From NCBI GenBank assembly GCA_976551045.1, contig CDPCPM010000402.1, positions 1,116,001 through 1,180,000 of the forward strand: 64,000 nt of DNA. Direction: 5' to 3'. A program made the position numbers and the translations under genes. The notes beneath the pieces were generated by a model. That model saw nothing but the letters and a program-made list of their open reading frames with translations, did not search any database and was not told where the DNA came from. Shown here in pieces: positions 49,330 through 63,265 of the stretch. Within the stretch, counting starts at the first letter, position 1; each line of letters begins with the position of its first letter. The stretch is from Glaucostegus cemiculus (lineage: Eukaryota).

Positions 49330-50430
49330 ATATTTAATGGGTGTTTTAGCATCTGGATTGTACTCTGCCAGTGAGATTCCACAGGGCAGAGAACTTGAAC
49401 ACTTGCTTTTTATAATGTGCATTAACGTTTGAGTGGAAGCAAGTCACTGCTTATCGTGAGGATCTGATTAAGAGACATGAAATATAGAATGCATGATCAG
49501 CAAGTTTGAAGACAATGCAGGAGTTAGCTGTTTGACTGACATTGAGGAGGAAACTCCAGAGTGCAAGAAAATCTGGGCTTGAAAATGGCAGAAAATTCAT
49601 TCTGGAGAGGTGCAAGGTAATGAATCTGAAGAGATGCTAAAAAGGGAATACAAGTAAACTAGAGCATTGAGAGGTGTCAAGGGACAAAGGGGCCTTGAAA
49701 GTAACAGGAATATCAGTAAGATGATTAAAATGGTATTCAGATAGAAGAGATTCTGCAGTTGCTAGAAATCTGGAGCAACACACTTAAAATGTTGGAGGAA
49801 CTCAGCAGACCAGGCAGCACCTATGGAGGGAAATGAACAGTCAATGTTTCAGGCCAAGACCCTTCACGAGGACTCAGAATAGTTTCAAATGGTATTCAGA
49901 ATGTTTTCCTTCATCAGCAGTCCTGGAACACGAGTCAGAAGCTTGTGCTAGAAATGCACATTAGACCACAGCTTGAATTCCACTAACAGTTCTGGTGAGT
50001 ACAAAACCGGAAATAGTATATTTACAAGGATGTTGCCAGAACTGGAAAGAGATAGTTGTGAGACAAACTTAGATAAACCAGGGTTATTTACTTTGAAGGG
50101 GTGAGACTTAATTGGTGTATAAAATTAGGAAGATCCCAGATGACCAAATTTTCCTTTCCTGACAGGTCAAAAACTAGGGGCATAGGTTTATGGCAACTGG
50201 CTGAAGGGAGAGGATGCTTCCCCCACTCAGAGGGTGGTAGGGGTCCAGACCCTTTGCCTAGAATGTTAGAGGCAGAAACCCTCAATAAGGAGTAGCTGGA
50301 TGTGTAGTTGGTGACTTCTAGAGCCTCGGACCTAGTGCGTAGACGGGGTTCGGCTGGGTAGGTCCCCAAGTTTACCAACATGGAATCAATGGGCTGAATG
50401 GCCTCCTGTGTCTAAAGTTTTCTATGATTT
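49330..50430 (+). mobile_element. Degraded CR1 fragment containing a short Penelope-derived insertion
   Basis: CR1-like RT and C-terminal remnants and tail GGGCTGAATGGCCT..TTCTATG. Confidence 0.65.
49742..49886 (-). mobile_element. Short Penelope-terminal-derived element flanked by a 14-bp direct repeat
   Basis: AAATGGTATTCAGA at 49728-49741 and 49887-49900; minus core CTCGTGA-AGGGTC-TT-GGCCT-GAAACATT. Confidence 0.7.
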
Positions 50431-52204
50431 TATTGTAAATACATCCCATTCGTGAATAGATCTGTTAGTGCCAGGATTTGGCAATTTAAAAAAATATTAA
50501 TGGGATTAGGTACGTAGAACTTTGCATTGCTGGCACCTTTGGAGAAGACATGGCACACATTGGCAGAGCTCCATGTGAACAGGGATTAGTCATCACAGCT
50601 GCAATGGATGAAAAAGTAATAGGAGTTGGCCACACAGCCCGTTACTGATCCTCACCCTTGCATTATTTTCCCACCCTAATCTCTTGCCCCTCAGCATCCC
50701 ACAATTTTTCTGTCTCAGCTCAGAACATGACAATTGAACACTAACAGCCTTCAAGGCTACAGAATTCCAAATATTCACAAACTTCAAATACAAGAAATTT
50801 TGTCACCTCAGTCCCTTAATGTCTAGCTTTACACTCTTCAAACAGAGGGACACGGACACAGCAGCTATTCCGACAATCAATCTGCAATTGAGTGAGCAGA
50901 AGATCCAAACTATTCAAATCTCTCCAGGGATGGCAAAAAAAGTATTGAGGGAGATGGAATGAGTGATTCAGCATGGAATTTTAAAGAGCTTCTGAGTGAA
51001 AAGGAGTAGCAAAAATAACATGGATCCTTAAAGGGCAGAATAAATAATTGGCAATTAATAAAGACTGACACAAAAAAATATTTTGCATGCCTCACAATGG
51101 AAGGCAAATACTGGAAAATGGAGACACCAGAGGCTGCAGATGCTGGAATCTGGAGCAAACTGGAAACACTACTGGAAATTGAATGGAATTAAAAAAACTA
51201 TCAAGATCAAACGAGGAGCCTAAACAAAAACCATTAGTAAAGGGTGCAGGAGAAGTTAACGGGGCTAAAAATTTAACCTGAAATTGCAAAGAGCACTGGG
51301 TTGCTAGAAAGCTATTTTGGCAAATTTCCAATCTGACCTTGTACCTGCTACACTCATCAATTCCCCTCCCTAGTTTAATCAATGCTAACTTTTGAGGAAA
51401 TGTGCTACTGCCACAACTTGTTTCCAACTTATTTTGACACTGGTAGATCTAGTAAAACAAGTTACTGGTCACTGATATCTCAAATTGTAGATACAGTAAA
51501 TGTACTAGATCAATGCCATTTATATCAAAATCAAATGAAGGTTTCTTAAAGGAAATAATAATAGGAATGCTACATACTTTGGAGAGTATATCAAGTAATT
51601 TAAAGACTTTCTGAACATCAAATTAATTTAGCCATTAGCTTCATTAAATTCTGTAAATGACCTCTACACTTACAGACATCACTTACCTACATCCACATAC
51701 ATTGAGTAAATGCAATTTTAAGGAGTCACAAAGGTTTAGTCAATCCTAAATGAGTTACACAACATATTTAAATACAATCCCAGGAATTGACTAACTGAAT
51801 CAATGCAGAAACAGATCATGTTTCACTCATCAAATAAAGAACACATGACAATCAATTCATCATAATTCCAAGTTACTGCCACTCAAACCAATTTCAAATA
51901 TTCAGTCATTTCCTACTGTATTTGCAATATTCTGCAACATGAATAGTTAGGGCTACAGCCTCAATTGATAAAGCCCAGAACTGTGTACACCTTATTTTGC
52001 CAACCTGCCATTCATACTGAATTTGCACTACTCCACAAGATGAATGTAATTCTTTCTGAAAAAAATTCAATATCAAAGATAATTCTGTAAGAAATATCAG
52101 GCCCATCTTGAAAGAGTTGAGTGAAAGACAGGCTTGGATTGCACCTTTCGTGACCTCGGGATGCCCAAAGCTAATGGATAACATTCTAAAGTGTTATAAC
52201 ATTG

Positions 52205-52490
52205 GACCATCACTAAGGACCCTCACTATCCAGGCGTGCCCTCTTCACGTTACTACCATCAGGGAGGAGGTACAGGAGCTTGAAGACCCACACCCAATGT
52301 TTTAGGAACTGCTTCGTTCGTTCTGCATTCAGATTTCTGAATGGTCCATGAACCCATGAAAACTACCTTATTATTCCCCTTTTGCACTATTTAGTTTTGT
52401 AACTGACAGTAATTCTCGTATTGCACAGTACTGCTGCCATAAAGCAACAAATGTCATGACATACACCAGCGATAATAATTCTGAGCTTCC
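52205..52490 (+). mobile_element. Rex1/Babar LINE 3' fragment
   Basis: YPGVPSSRY/LPSGRRYRSLK-like coding remnant and 3'UTR. Confidence 0.6.
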
Positions 52491-52509
52491 ACATACAGCA
52501 ATTTGATAA

Positions 52510-53565
52510 GAACAAGGATCACAAGATATAGGAGCAGAATTAGGCAATATGGCCCATCAAGTCTGCTCCACCATTCAATCACGGCTGCTTTTTTCTCCCC
52601 AATCCCATTCTCTTGCCTTCTTCCTGTAACCCTTAACCCTCTTACCAATCAAGAACCTATCAATCTTTTAAATACACCCAATGACAGCCTTCTGTGACAA
52701 TGAATTCCACAGATTCACCATCCTCTTTCTGAAAAAATTCCTCCTCACACTTCTGAAGGGAAATCCCTTTATTCCGAGGCTGCCGCCTCACACCCAATAC
52801 TCTCCTACTGATGGAAGCATGCTCTCCACTCTTTCCAGGCCTTTCTGTACTCAGTAGGTTTCAATGAGATTCCCACCACCCACCCCCCTTCTGAACTCCA
52901 TCGAGCACAAGTCCAGAGACAAATGCTCCTCGTACATTAAGCCTTTCATTCCTGGGATCATTCTTGTGAACCTCCTCTGGACCCTTTCTGGGACCAGCAC
53001 ATCCTTCCTTAGAGGGCCCAAAATTGCTCACAATATTGCAAATGCCAGCTGACTGACACCTTACAAGGCCTTAGCAGTATGTCCTTGCTTTTATATTCTA
53101 GTCCTCTAGAAATGAATGCTAACATTGTGTTTGCCTTCTCACTACCAACTCAACCTGCAAATTAACCTTAAGGGAATCCCGAACTTGGACTCCCAATCCC
53201 TTTGCACCTCCAATTTCAGAATTCTCTCCCCATTTAGAAAATAGCCTACACCTTTATTCTTCCTACCAAAGTGCATAACCCCATAATTTCCTACCCTGTA
53301 TTCCATTTGCCACTTCTTTGCATACTCTCCCAACCTGTCCAAGTCCTTCTGCAGATTCCCTGCCACTGCCTGTCCCTCTACTTTATTTTTGTATCATCTG
53401 CAAACTTGGGCACAACGCCTTCAGTTCCTTCATCCAGATCATTAACATATAAGGTGGTTCCAACACCAACCCGAGGAACTGCATTAGTCACCGACAGCCG
53501 TACTGAAAAGCACCCCTTTATCTCAACTCTATGCCTTCTGCCAGTCAGCCAATCTTCTATCCATG
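52510..53565 (-). mobile_element. CR1 LINE 3' part
   Basis: LQKDLDRLGEYAKKWQMEY..VMHFGRKNKG (ORF 53142-53366) and reverse tail. Confidence 0.85.
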
Positions 53566-56314
53566 TAATAAATAATAAAACCTAACAATGTGTGTTCTTT
53601 TTTTAAAGTTGCTTTAAGTGATAGATATTGTCTGGATACTGGGGACAAGTTTCCTCCTCTTCACATTAGTGTTTGGAATCTTCTACATTCAGCCAAGAGC
53701 ACAAGGGATTCAGGTTAAAGATCTCATCTGAAAGATGGCATTTCCAACTGTGAAGCACACACAAGACTGTGAAGACTCAGGCATATATTGGAGTATAAAT
53801 ATCTTGACTAATCCATCAATCTTTGAAATAGGCCAATCTAGATCATGAGAATAACCACCCAATTTATTAATTAAAAAACACATGGCTAATGAGACAATTT
53901 TTGAATCTACTTAATACAAAATGAATATTCTTAGCATAACATTTGTTAACATTGGGAAAACAGTATCTCAGGAAGAACTTATCAAATTGGAGAGAACCAA
54001 ACTGAAACACTAATTCTACCTCAGATTATATTTTCCTCAATGTGCACTGATGTCATTATGTTTATTTTGTTATGTATAATTTGTTAATTTAAGTTTATGT
54101 AATTTATGTTTATAATGTATGGTGCTATTGCTGCAAAAAGCTAATTTTCATGTCATTTATACCCTGGGTATGTATGCCCATGACAATAAATTTAAACTTG
54201 AGAAGTAAAGTTAAGAGAAATAAGGCACATTGAGTAGAAGTTTGAGTCAGCTCATGAACAAGATAAATTTTAAACTCATAGGTTATGAGGTGGTCTTAAG
54301 GAAGTTCTGTCTTTCTAATAAATGTGATCAGCCTCAAGCATGCAAATACCCTACAGAGTCCCAAGCCCAAATTCTCAAATATAACATGCAAAATACTTCT
54401 CCAGAAATATTGTTGAAAAGGCCACATTGTTATTCAGAAATTTTTAAAAAACCCAAATTTGATAATGTTTCACACTTTAAGATAATAGCTGTATTAGAGA
54501 ATTAACATGGGTTAAAAAAAACAATACATTAGTAACAAACTCTCCAGGTGTACATTACTTGTAATACCACTAGTCAAAAAAATAAAGATTTTTTAAAAAA
54601 GGGAAGCAGAACAGAAAAGGGAATTGACTTAATTTTATTTTTTTTACAGCTGGCAAATGGCTGGAAACCATAAAGCCTCCTGCAGTCAAATTAAAAGGAG
54701 CATTATAGTCAGTATGTGAGGAGTGCGCCTCACAGTCCTTCAAAAAATGCAAAGATGGCAATAATTTACAAAGTAAGAAAACAGTGGCTCCTCTCATTGC
54801 AATGGTCATTTGCCTGGCCCAAACTACAAAAATTCATTCCCCAAGCTGTCTTTGTTATAGAGCCAGAGAGGTAACCAACTCAAACCAACTGTGTTAAGTT
54901 TCTGATTTTTGTGAAGCAGCAGAGAAAAACGAAGGAAGATTTGTTGATATTCTCCTGGATGCATCAACCTAGAAATGTTGTGTACTTAGACCATAAGTCT
55001 ACACTCTGACATTCTACAATTGAGCTAGTTTGAAGGAACAAAAGATTAAGGACATTGTTTCTTGCAACACGTCACACATCACGTACTTGTGGGCCCCTTT
55101 CCATGAGCCAAGCTGGTTATTCCAAAATATGGCTCCTTCAGCTTTTGATGCGCATGGGCACTTGAGGATCCCTCTACTTGTCAGCCACGGAGAAGCAACC
55201 AGTCGTGGAGAATAAAGCAGTGTACTCATTCACTCTCCACCCCAACCCAAAAGGGCACCAGTAAAGGAACCAGGGAAATCACCAAACATTTTGTCCACTA
55301 TAAGATAACAAATGCAGAGTCAGATCTTTGCTTTTTTTCAAACTATTACTGTAGAATAACTCAAAGATCATTGCTATACCGTAATAGACTCCAAAGAATG
55401 CATCTGCAAGCCACACCATTCAGGCAGAGTTATCAGTGGATCTGTTCTATTGTATGAAGATGCCCAGAGTTGACCATCAGTAGCTGATGACACTCTCATT
55501 GTGCCCTGGACTGCTTGCTTTTTGGTAGATCAGGACAAATTATACTGCTCCTTTGTTCATAATAATCACTGTTGAAACTCCTGTTCTTGGCAGCTGTATT
55601 GTGCTGTCTCCAAAGAGAGGCATTTGAGTGACTTGTACCTTCTTCTGAAGTCTAGAACTTAGCTGGATAAACAGGTGACTTCAATGTTTAGATGAAATTT
55701 GTTGCTTATTCCCACCTGCAGCCAATTTTATTTTTAAATGGGAACTTGGGTGTGACACTAAATAGATTTCAACAAACTGATTTTCACACTACCGAATTAC
55801 AAAATTAAAATGGATAACCATTCCTCAAGCTGGAAGATGGCCACTGTGCTGGCATCACCACTAGGCTTCAACAGGTGTGTATTAAACACAGTAAAAAGAA
55901 TCTACAAAGCTCTATGTTTAAGAAAATATGTACTGTTTTACTATGCTGAGTGATACACATTTTGGTCCAAATAGTAATGACCCTCTGAGTTATTAACAAC
56001 ACTTTGAATGCAACTTGGATTATGGTCATCTCCCTTTAGCCCATCACCAACCATCCACATACTAATCCTACATTAATTCCATTTTTTATGTTTTATCTTA
56101 TGAATTCATCCAGTACAAATCACAACTTTATCATGAAATGTCTTAGTATATCCGAGGTGTTTTGATTATTTAATTGACAGGAAAGGATCTGTTGCATTCT
56201 CTTACTGTTGAATATGCCCACAATCAGGTAATATTTGCACAGCAAGATGGACATCTAAGTTACAAAAGTCAGGTAAGAAGGCCAAGTAAGTAGGTCAAGT
56301 GCAAACTGAAAGCT

Positions 56315-56780
56315 GCTAGCAGCAAGAAACTGCAAAGAGTTGTGAACACAGCTCAGCACATCACAGAAACCAGCCTCCCCTCCGTGAACTCTGTCTACAC
56401 CTCCCTGCCTCAGTAAAGCAGCCAGCATAATCAAAGACCCCACCCACCCCAGATATTCTCTCTTCTCCCCCTCCCATCAGGCAGAAGATACAAAAGCCTG
56501 AAAGCACACACCACCAGGCTCAAGGAGAGCTTCTACCCCATTGTTACAAGACCATTGAATGGTTCAGTGGTACGATAAGATGGTCTCGACTTCACAATCT
56601 GCCTTGTTATGACCTTGCACCTTGTCTTCCTGCACTGTGCTTTCTCTGTAACTGTAACACTTTATTTTGCACTGTTATTGTTTTACCCTAATGCACTGTT
56701 GTAATGAATTGATCTGTATGAACAATATGCAATAAAGTTTTTCACAGTACTTTGGTACATGTAAATCAATTTACCAACTT
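56315..56780 (+). mobile_element. Rex1/Babar LINE 3' fragment
   Basis: KKLQRVVNTAQHITETSLP...LPSGRRYKSLK; 3'UTR like 8560-8880. Confidence 0.8.
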
Positions 56781-59157
56781 AAGTGAGGGAAGATGGAGTT
56801 CAAAATAAAAGCACACCAAATCAATCTTGGTATTCCTATACACAACTAAAAATGATGTAAAAAGACTGATGGCATGATGGAGTGAGAATACAAGTGAGTA
56901 AATGATTGCCAGATTCTATAAGCAGCAGTTCTGTCATTCAGTTCTAGCTCCAAACTCAAGGAAAGATGTGGTGTAGAAGAACCAGTACATCAGATGAAAC
57001 AGGCAGATCAGATCAGCTGCATGAATTTTTCCAAATTTAGAAGACTGAGAAATAATCTAAATAAAGTGCATAAAAATGGGTTTGATATGGACATGCATAG
57101 CAAGCATTTTTAATATCAGAGACATCTAAAATTAAAGGGGAATTAGGACTGGGCCACCCAGGGGTGAAATCTGGAAGCAGTTTTACAAAAAGGGATATGG
57201 AGAACTGGAATTAAAGGTTTACAAAATTGTTTTACGATCAAGAGCAACTAAGTTTTTGTTTTTACTATATGCATCAAAGGATATGGATTCCAGGTACAGA
57301 TCAGCTAAGATCTAACTGAATCACCGTCAGGCTTGAGGACTGAATGGCCTTCTCCAGTTTTTATTTTCCTAAATGAATTACCCATTCACTCTGAGAGATT
57401 AGACAAGAAAAATATTATGACTCTGGCCCAAGACGGATTTAAGGACACATGTCCAGAACCTCAACAGAACAAACTAATGTGAATTGTTTTGCACAATCAA
57501 TAGGTTTGGTAGAGACTCCTGGTAAAGCACAGAAGGTTCAGAAAACTACAATGGAAACCTTGACTGTACACAACAAGTTTGGATTATTCCCGAGGGATCA
57601 AACATCAAGCACAGAGAAATATTGCTCGTATAATATTTCCATCGTAAACCTCATTTTTTCATTGCAATTTCTGGACCTTGATCCATTAGTAGTGTCACAC
57701 ATTTTTGAAGGAGAGAAGAACTTGCACTAGTGCAACTGCAAAGAACTCCATCTTGGAGATTTTAGTTACGTCAATATAAAACAGCTGGAAGAACAGAGTG
57801 AGTTTAACATTAAACTCTAAACCATCAAAACCTATGGCTTTAACTAGCAAATAGCAAGCATAATCATAGGCCAATGTATGTATGCAGTTCCTTCTTGCAC
57901 AGGAACTCAGATAAACTACTGTGTTCAACATAACCATGTAGACCAGCATTGGTTAATTTTCTCATTTTCCTTTAGCAGCACTCCAGAGCCCTTATGGATC
58001 TCATGGGTATCCTAGGTCAATTGTAGCATGAAATGTTATTTTCAATTGAGCTTTTGTTCTGCTTGACTAACATTTTAAATGTCACTACTTAAGCAAGTTG
58101 CTTGTCCTTCTTAATATTTGTTTCATGCCCATCAAGTTGATCAATAAAAAGGGAGTTTAACGATGGAATATTTTTTCGGGTTCCAAAACAACTTCTCGCC
58201 TAAACAAAAACGGCTCATTTACAAATAAGCTGCAAGAAATGTTTAAACTAATGTGCCGGATGTTAATGACAGGCAGTATGGATTATGTTCACCTTACCAA
58301 AAAATGGCTGTGCTTGAAGAGTCAAAAATATTCAACTGCCGCTTAACGTTCAAGTCGTGTGTTTTTAAGGATAAAAAGAAAAGTTCCAGTAAATCTTTAG
58401 GAACAATCTGGGTCCAAGGCTCTGATGATGCACAGACAACAGATGGGAGAGTGCAAAGATCATTATGCTGGCTTATGACAGAACAACAGCTATCCTTTCT
58501 GTTTGCTGATGCACAAAGTAGCGAAACCAGGACAGTGCAATGCCAGTCTGAAACATCCTAGTACTCATTTGTACTTTTTAAACCATTTATTTTGCTCTTC
58601 CTTAATACATCTAGCACTTTAACTATAGGTAACAAAGGTATGCTCCTCACTCAACTTATGACAACATCAAATTCTCAAAATTGATAATAATCAGAAAAGG
58701 TATTAAAAGCAACTATTCTGTCCTAGCTTAATTTGGCTAAGCTGATGATAGTGGTACCAGTAGAGATAGAACACACCCTCTTAGCCTGGACATCATGCTG
58801 CTGCCAGGTCAATTCAAAATACTTCCACCCTGCAGCCATCCTAACATTGTGAACTCCTCGGTCTTTCAGCAAGTGGTTACCACTCCCTTTCCAAGCTTGT
58901 GGCCAAAAGCCATTCTGCTGGCACAAATTTCTACCTGATCTGTAAAAGCACATACCTGTATCACAATCCCATTCAACTTTCCTGTTAAAATGAACATATT
59001 GCTCATAACCATTGCTTACCTCTATCCACACCAAAAAGAAAGGTCCTCTCTCTCCTTCTGATGAAGATTAACTCTGGGTGGGCCATTTCAGATAGTGTGT
59101 GAAGTACAGCCGAAGAAAGGTAAATTGTCCATTCTTTGGGCATCATCATTAATTATA

Positions 59158-59566
59158 CGGTAATACTCTAATAACCTGGTATCTAATCGTTTGGAAATGC
59201 TGATTGTTCAGCATCTGATTCACTCATCAAACACGAGCACGAGCTGGGAGCCCAAAGTGCAAGCAGGGTATGGAGCTGGTGTAAGGAATGCTTGACTGTT
59301 TCAGATTGTTGTGACAGGTTGAAAGGTAGAAACTGAAACTCACTTGATTCTATCACCCACTTCTTCTTAACCCTACTGGGATTCTGCTTCCAGCTCCATT
59401 CAAGCTTATCAGATTCACTGAAAAATGCATTATACTATTGTGTAACATGTGAAAATGTTAAATAAAAGTGTGTTGGGGCATTAATAGAAGTAACATTCAA
59501 CAGACCAGAAAATCTGCTAATCCAACAACCAAGTCAAAAGCGTGCTGGATTATCGGAGTTTTACTG
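59158..59566. mobile_element. Tc1/mariner (Tigger/pogo-like) non-autonomous DNA transposon remnant
   Basis: TA on both sides; left end CGGTAATACTCTAATAACC, right end reverse complement CAGTAAAACTCCGATAATCC (degenerate TIR pair). Confidence 0.55.
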
Positions 59567-61429
59567 TAGTCTTTCTTACCTTCTCTTACTGCAGATCTAG
59601 TGCTGCAGTTTTTGTAGACGCCTTAAGCCAAAAGAACACCTGGAATAAACAACTTGTGACCTTTTATCACTCCCTGTTTCAACAATTTTGTTATAGCTGT
59701 CTGCATAGCTGGAAGGTACCTGCAATTTGACTCTTAAATTAGACACAAGAGCCAATTCAATTAGGGCGTTGGCTCCTAATGTTTAGTATTGTGTTGCTGG
59801 CTTCCTTTGGTCACAGAAACTGAAGACACTAATGTTAGAAGGTGGTTACACTGTCATTCAACATACAAGCGTGGAACTAACTAAAAGGTTAAGTGAGGTG
59901 ACCCTCACAATTTTATAGCAATGTTGAGTAATGGATAACATCCCTTTATGTTTTTTTTGAGTATAAATAATTTAGTTTTAGAGTTCTTTATGCCTTCAGG
60001 GCATAGCATGAGGCTTCACTGAAATGAAATTCTTTGGAAATATAGTAACATATTAAGAAATAGCACAGCATCCCATTTGCACCCAGCAAAGTCCTATAAA
60101 CAGTAACAAAACAAACTATCATTTCCTATTTTTGGTTGAGGGATTAGCATTGGTTTGGATACCGAACCAAAGGAACTCCAAACATAACTGTAGTGCAGAT
60201 CAGTCTGAATGGAATAAGCCAAATGCTCTGTAGCAAATTTGCTGGAAAAATCAGTACAATATTATTTATATATATATTTTTTTTTATTTAGTTCCCTCTG
60301 CAAACACATCTTAGAATGTTCATTGGAGTTCCTTGATAGATACCCCCTCATAACTAGGATCTTCACCCCAAGAGACAAGATGAGTTATGCAGGTTGTTGA
60401 TCAAGTGCCCTTTTTTTAAAAATGGACAACTTCAATCTACTCCATCCATGGGGACAGTTGGTTAGTGTATAAAACTAAAAATCAGAGCCTAATAAACTGT
60501 TCTGATGCCAGTTCATAGTGATACTTCACCACACAGATAGCAAAATCATTAGTGCTGATGTAAAGGATTTCTGCTGCATCATCAGTGCCCATTTGGTCAA
60601 CAGAATGTCTCACGTGTGTATTTGAGACAGATTTAGTGAGCGGATGGATGGATTTTCAGTAGACAAAACAGTAAACTCAAACCAAGTGCTACACTATACT
60701 AGGGATGGCACATTTATGGAAAGTTGATCGATTACTGATTCAGTTATAATGACATTGAAGTGATAAGTACATATAAACAGCACAGTTAAACAGATGTGTG
60801 AGTAAGGTGGCATCTGGAATTCAGAATGCCAGCAGGAACCACCAGGGGCCAAAATTAATGCCTGTCAACATCTGCCACAACATCAATGGGAGGGGAGAAT
60901 CAGTATTTTCAATACAATGTGCCAGCCCATACACTATACAGAGCTAAACAGTCTCCACCCTACCTGGCCATCTGATACTGAGTTAGAGATCCTAGTGGTG
61001 CTTCCAGACCCCCCATTTTCTTCTTTCTAATGAGAGAACACGAGACTCATTTCCACCTTGTCATTGCTTTACACCACCACTACACTCAATTTGTATAAAA
61101 TACACAATTATAAATGAATAAATATCAGGATTAAAATTTCTATCAATAAAACTATACGAGTTGTATGCACATTATTCCCAATTTAATAAAGTTTGCACTT
61201 TCCACACTTAAATCTAAAACTAAGTACATTTGTTTTGATGAAGAACTATGAAGATGTTGTCGTAGTGCAAGGGCCCAGTCAGATAGACACCCAGACTCAT
61301 TAATAAAAAAATCATGTGGTCAGGCAAGGGGGAGTGGTCTGAAAACTAGTGCCTACCCCAATAAGAATGAAGGAGGTAAAATACGTACAACTGTCATATT
61401 TTAACATTCATGCTTTGAAAACAAAGGCA

Positions 61430-62262
61430 AGACCATAAAGAGCAGAATGAGGCTGTTCAGCCCATTGAGTCTGCTCTGCCATTCAATCATGGCTGATTTT
61501 TATTAAAACCCCATTCTTCCACCTTCTCCTGGTAATTCTTAACCCCCTAACTAATCAAGAACCTATCGATCTCTGCCTCAAATACACCCATTGAGTTGGC
61601 CTTCACACACAAATTCAACAGATTCACCACCCTTTGGTTGAAGAGACGTCTCTTATTCTCCTACTAATGGAATCATCATCTCCACATCCACTCCATCCAG
61701 GCCTTTCAGTATTGGTAAATTTCAAAGAGATTCTCCCCCTCATCTTTCTGAACTCCATCAAGTACAGGCCCAGAGACATCAAATGCTCTCGTGTTTTCAT
61801 TCCTGCAATCATTCTTGTGAACCTCCTCTGGAACCCCTCTAGGGCCATCATATCCTTCCTTAGATATGGAGCCCAAAACTGCCCACAATATTCCAAATGT
61901 TGTCTGACCAACATCTTATAAAGCCTCAGGGAATAAATCCTTGCTTTTATATTCTAGTCTTCTCGAAATGAATGCTAAATTATCCTTGAAGGAATCCTGA
62001 ACTAGGACTCCCAAGTCCCTTTGCACCTCTGATTTCTTAATTTTCTCCCCATTTAGAAAATAGTCTGCACCTTTATTTTTCCTACCAAAGTGCATAACCC
62101 TACACTTCCCTGCATTGTATCCATCTGCCACATCTGTGCCCACTCTCCCAACCTGCCCAAGTCCTTCTGCAGACTCCCTGCCTCCCTGTTCCTCCACCTG
62201 TCTTGATATTGTGTGCACACTTGGCCACAATGCCATCAGTTCCTTCATCCAGATCATTAATG
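61430..62262 (-). mobile_element. CR1 LINE 3' part
   Basis: LVRQHLEYCGQFWAPYLRKDMMALEGFQRRFTRMI; KCRVMHFGRKNKG. Confidence 0.85.
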
Positions 62263-62884
62263 TTTAAAGAATATAAAGAAAAAGGCAACATATTTTTAAA
62301 ATTATACTTGAATGCAGCAGAGATCTCAGAACACACTGCAGCATTTCCACATGTTTACATGCCACTTCCATAATTTGTTTTTTTTTCTTTAATTCAGCAT
62401 CACAGACCAGTCATTGACAAGCATTTACTATTCTCAGAGCTCAGGTTGTTTGATAAATCGTTTCATTAACTAACCCAGGGGAAGGGCTGACAGTCACAAT
62501 GCAGGGCACTTCACAAGGAGCAATCAACATGAAGACGGTCTAACAAGATCATAACTTTATCATGTTAGGTTCTAGGAAATGCAATCAGAATCCATTAAAT
62601 CCATTACACATATTTGAATAAATAAATCAATCTCTGAATAGTCCAATGTTAATTCCAGTGTTGCACGATGTCAGACAACACCAGTTCAAAGTGGAAATTG
62701 ATACAAAATATGTTGAATGAATTATTCATATTGGGCAAACTCAGCAGTCCAACCAGGTCAGTTAACTGTGGATAAGCAACTTCTGATTAAAACTTAATTT
62801 ATCCTAGTTCTTTTCACATGGTGCTCCTGAAAATGCTGATTATTTCGCATCTCAGAAGGAACCATTCAGAGAACAGACAGAATT

Positions 62885-63265
62885 TCCTGTCTCTTTCCCC
62901 TCCTCCACTCACTCCATCTGCCCATCACCCACACACTCCTCCCATGGGGTCTCCTGCCCGACTATTCCCATCTGCCCTTCCCTCACTTGGTTCCATGCTC
63001 CACCCTCCTCTCCATCAGATTCCATCATCTCCAGCCCTTTGTCACCTCCACCTATCATCTCCCAGCTTCTGTCACTATTTCTCACCTGCCTATCACCTCT
63101 CCTCACCTCGATACACCTATTGCTTGCTAGCTCTTGCTCTGCCCCTTCCCTTCATGTCTTTAAACTGGCCATCTCCCTTCAGCCAGATGATGGGTGTCAG
63201 CCTGAAACATTGACTGACCAGTTCCCTCCACGGATGCTGCCTGACCCACTGAGTGCCTCCAGCAT
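62885..63265 (+). mobile_element. Penelope-like element 3' / terminal repeat region with decayed hammerhead core
   Basis: Pyrimidine-rich tract, then CAGATGA-TGGGT..GCCT-GAAACATT and GATGCTGCCTGACCCACTGAG..TCCAGCA. Confidence 0.7.

Noticed and set aside
58298-58547. Possible second cassette exon in ARIH1 intron 3 (TTG/GTAAGG donor) with an internal TATCCTTAA U12-like motif
   Set aside because: Weak polypyrimidine tract, no ARIH1-like coding sequence, and only a partial U12 match; not distinguishable from chance.
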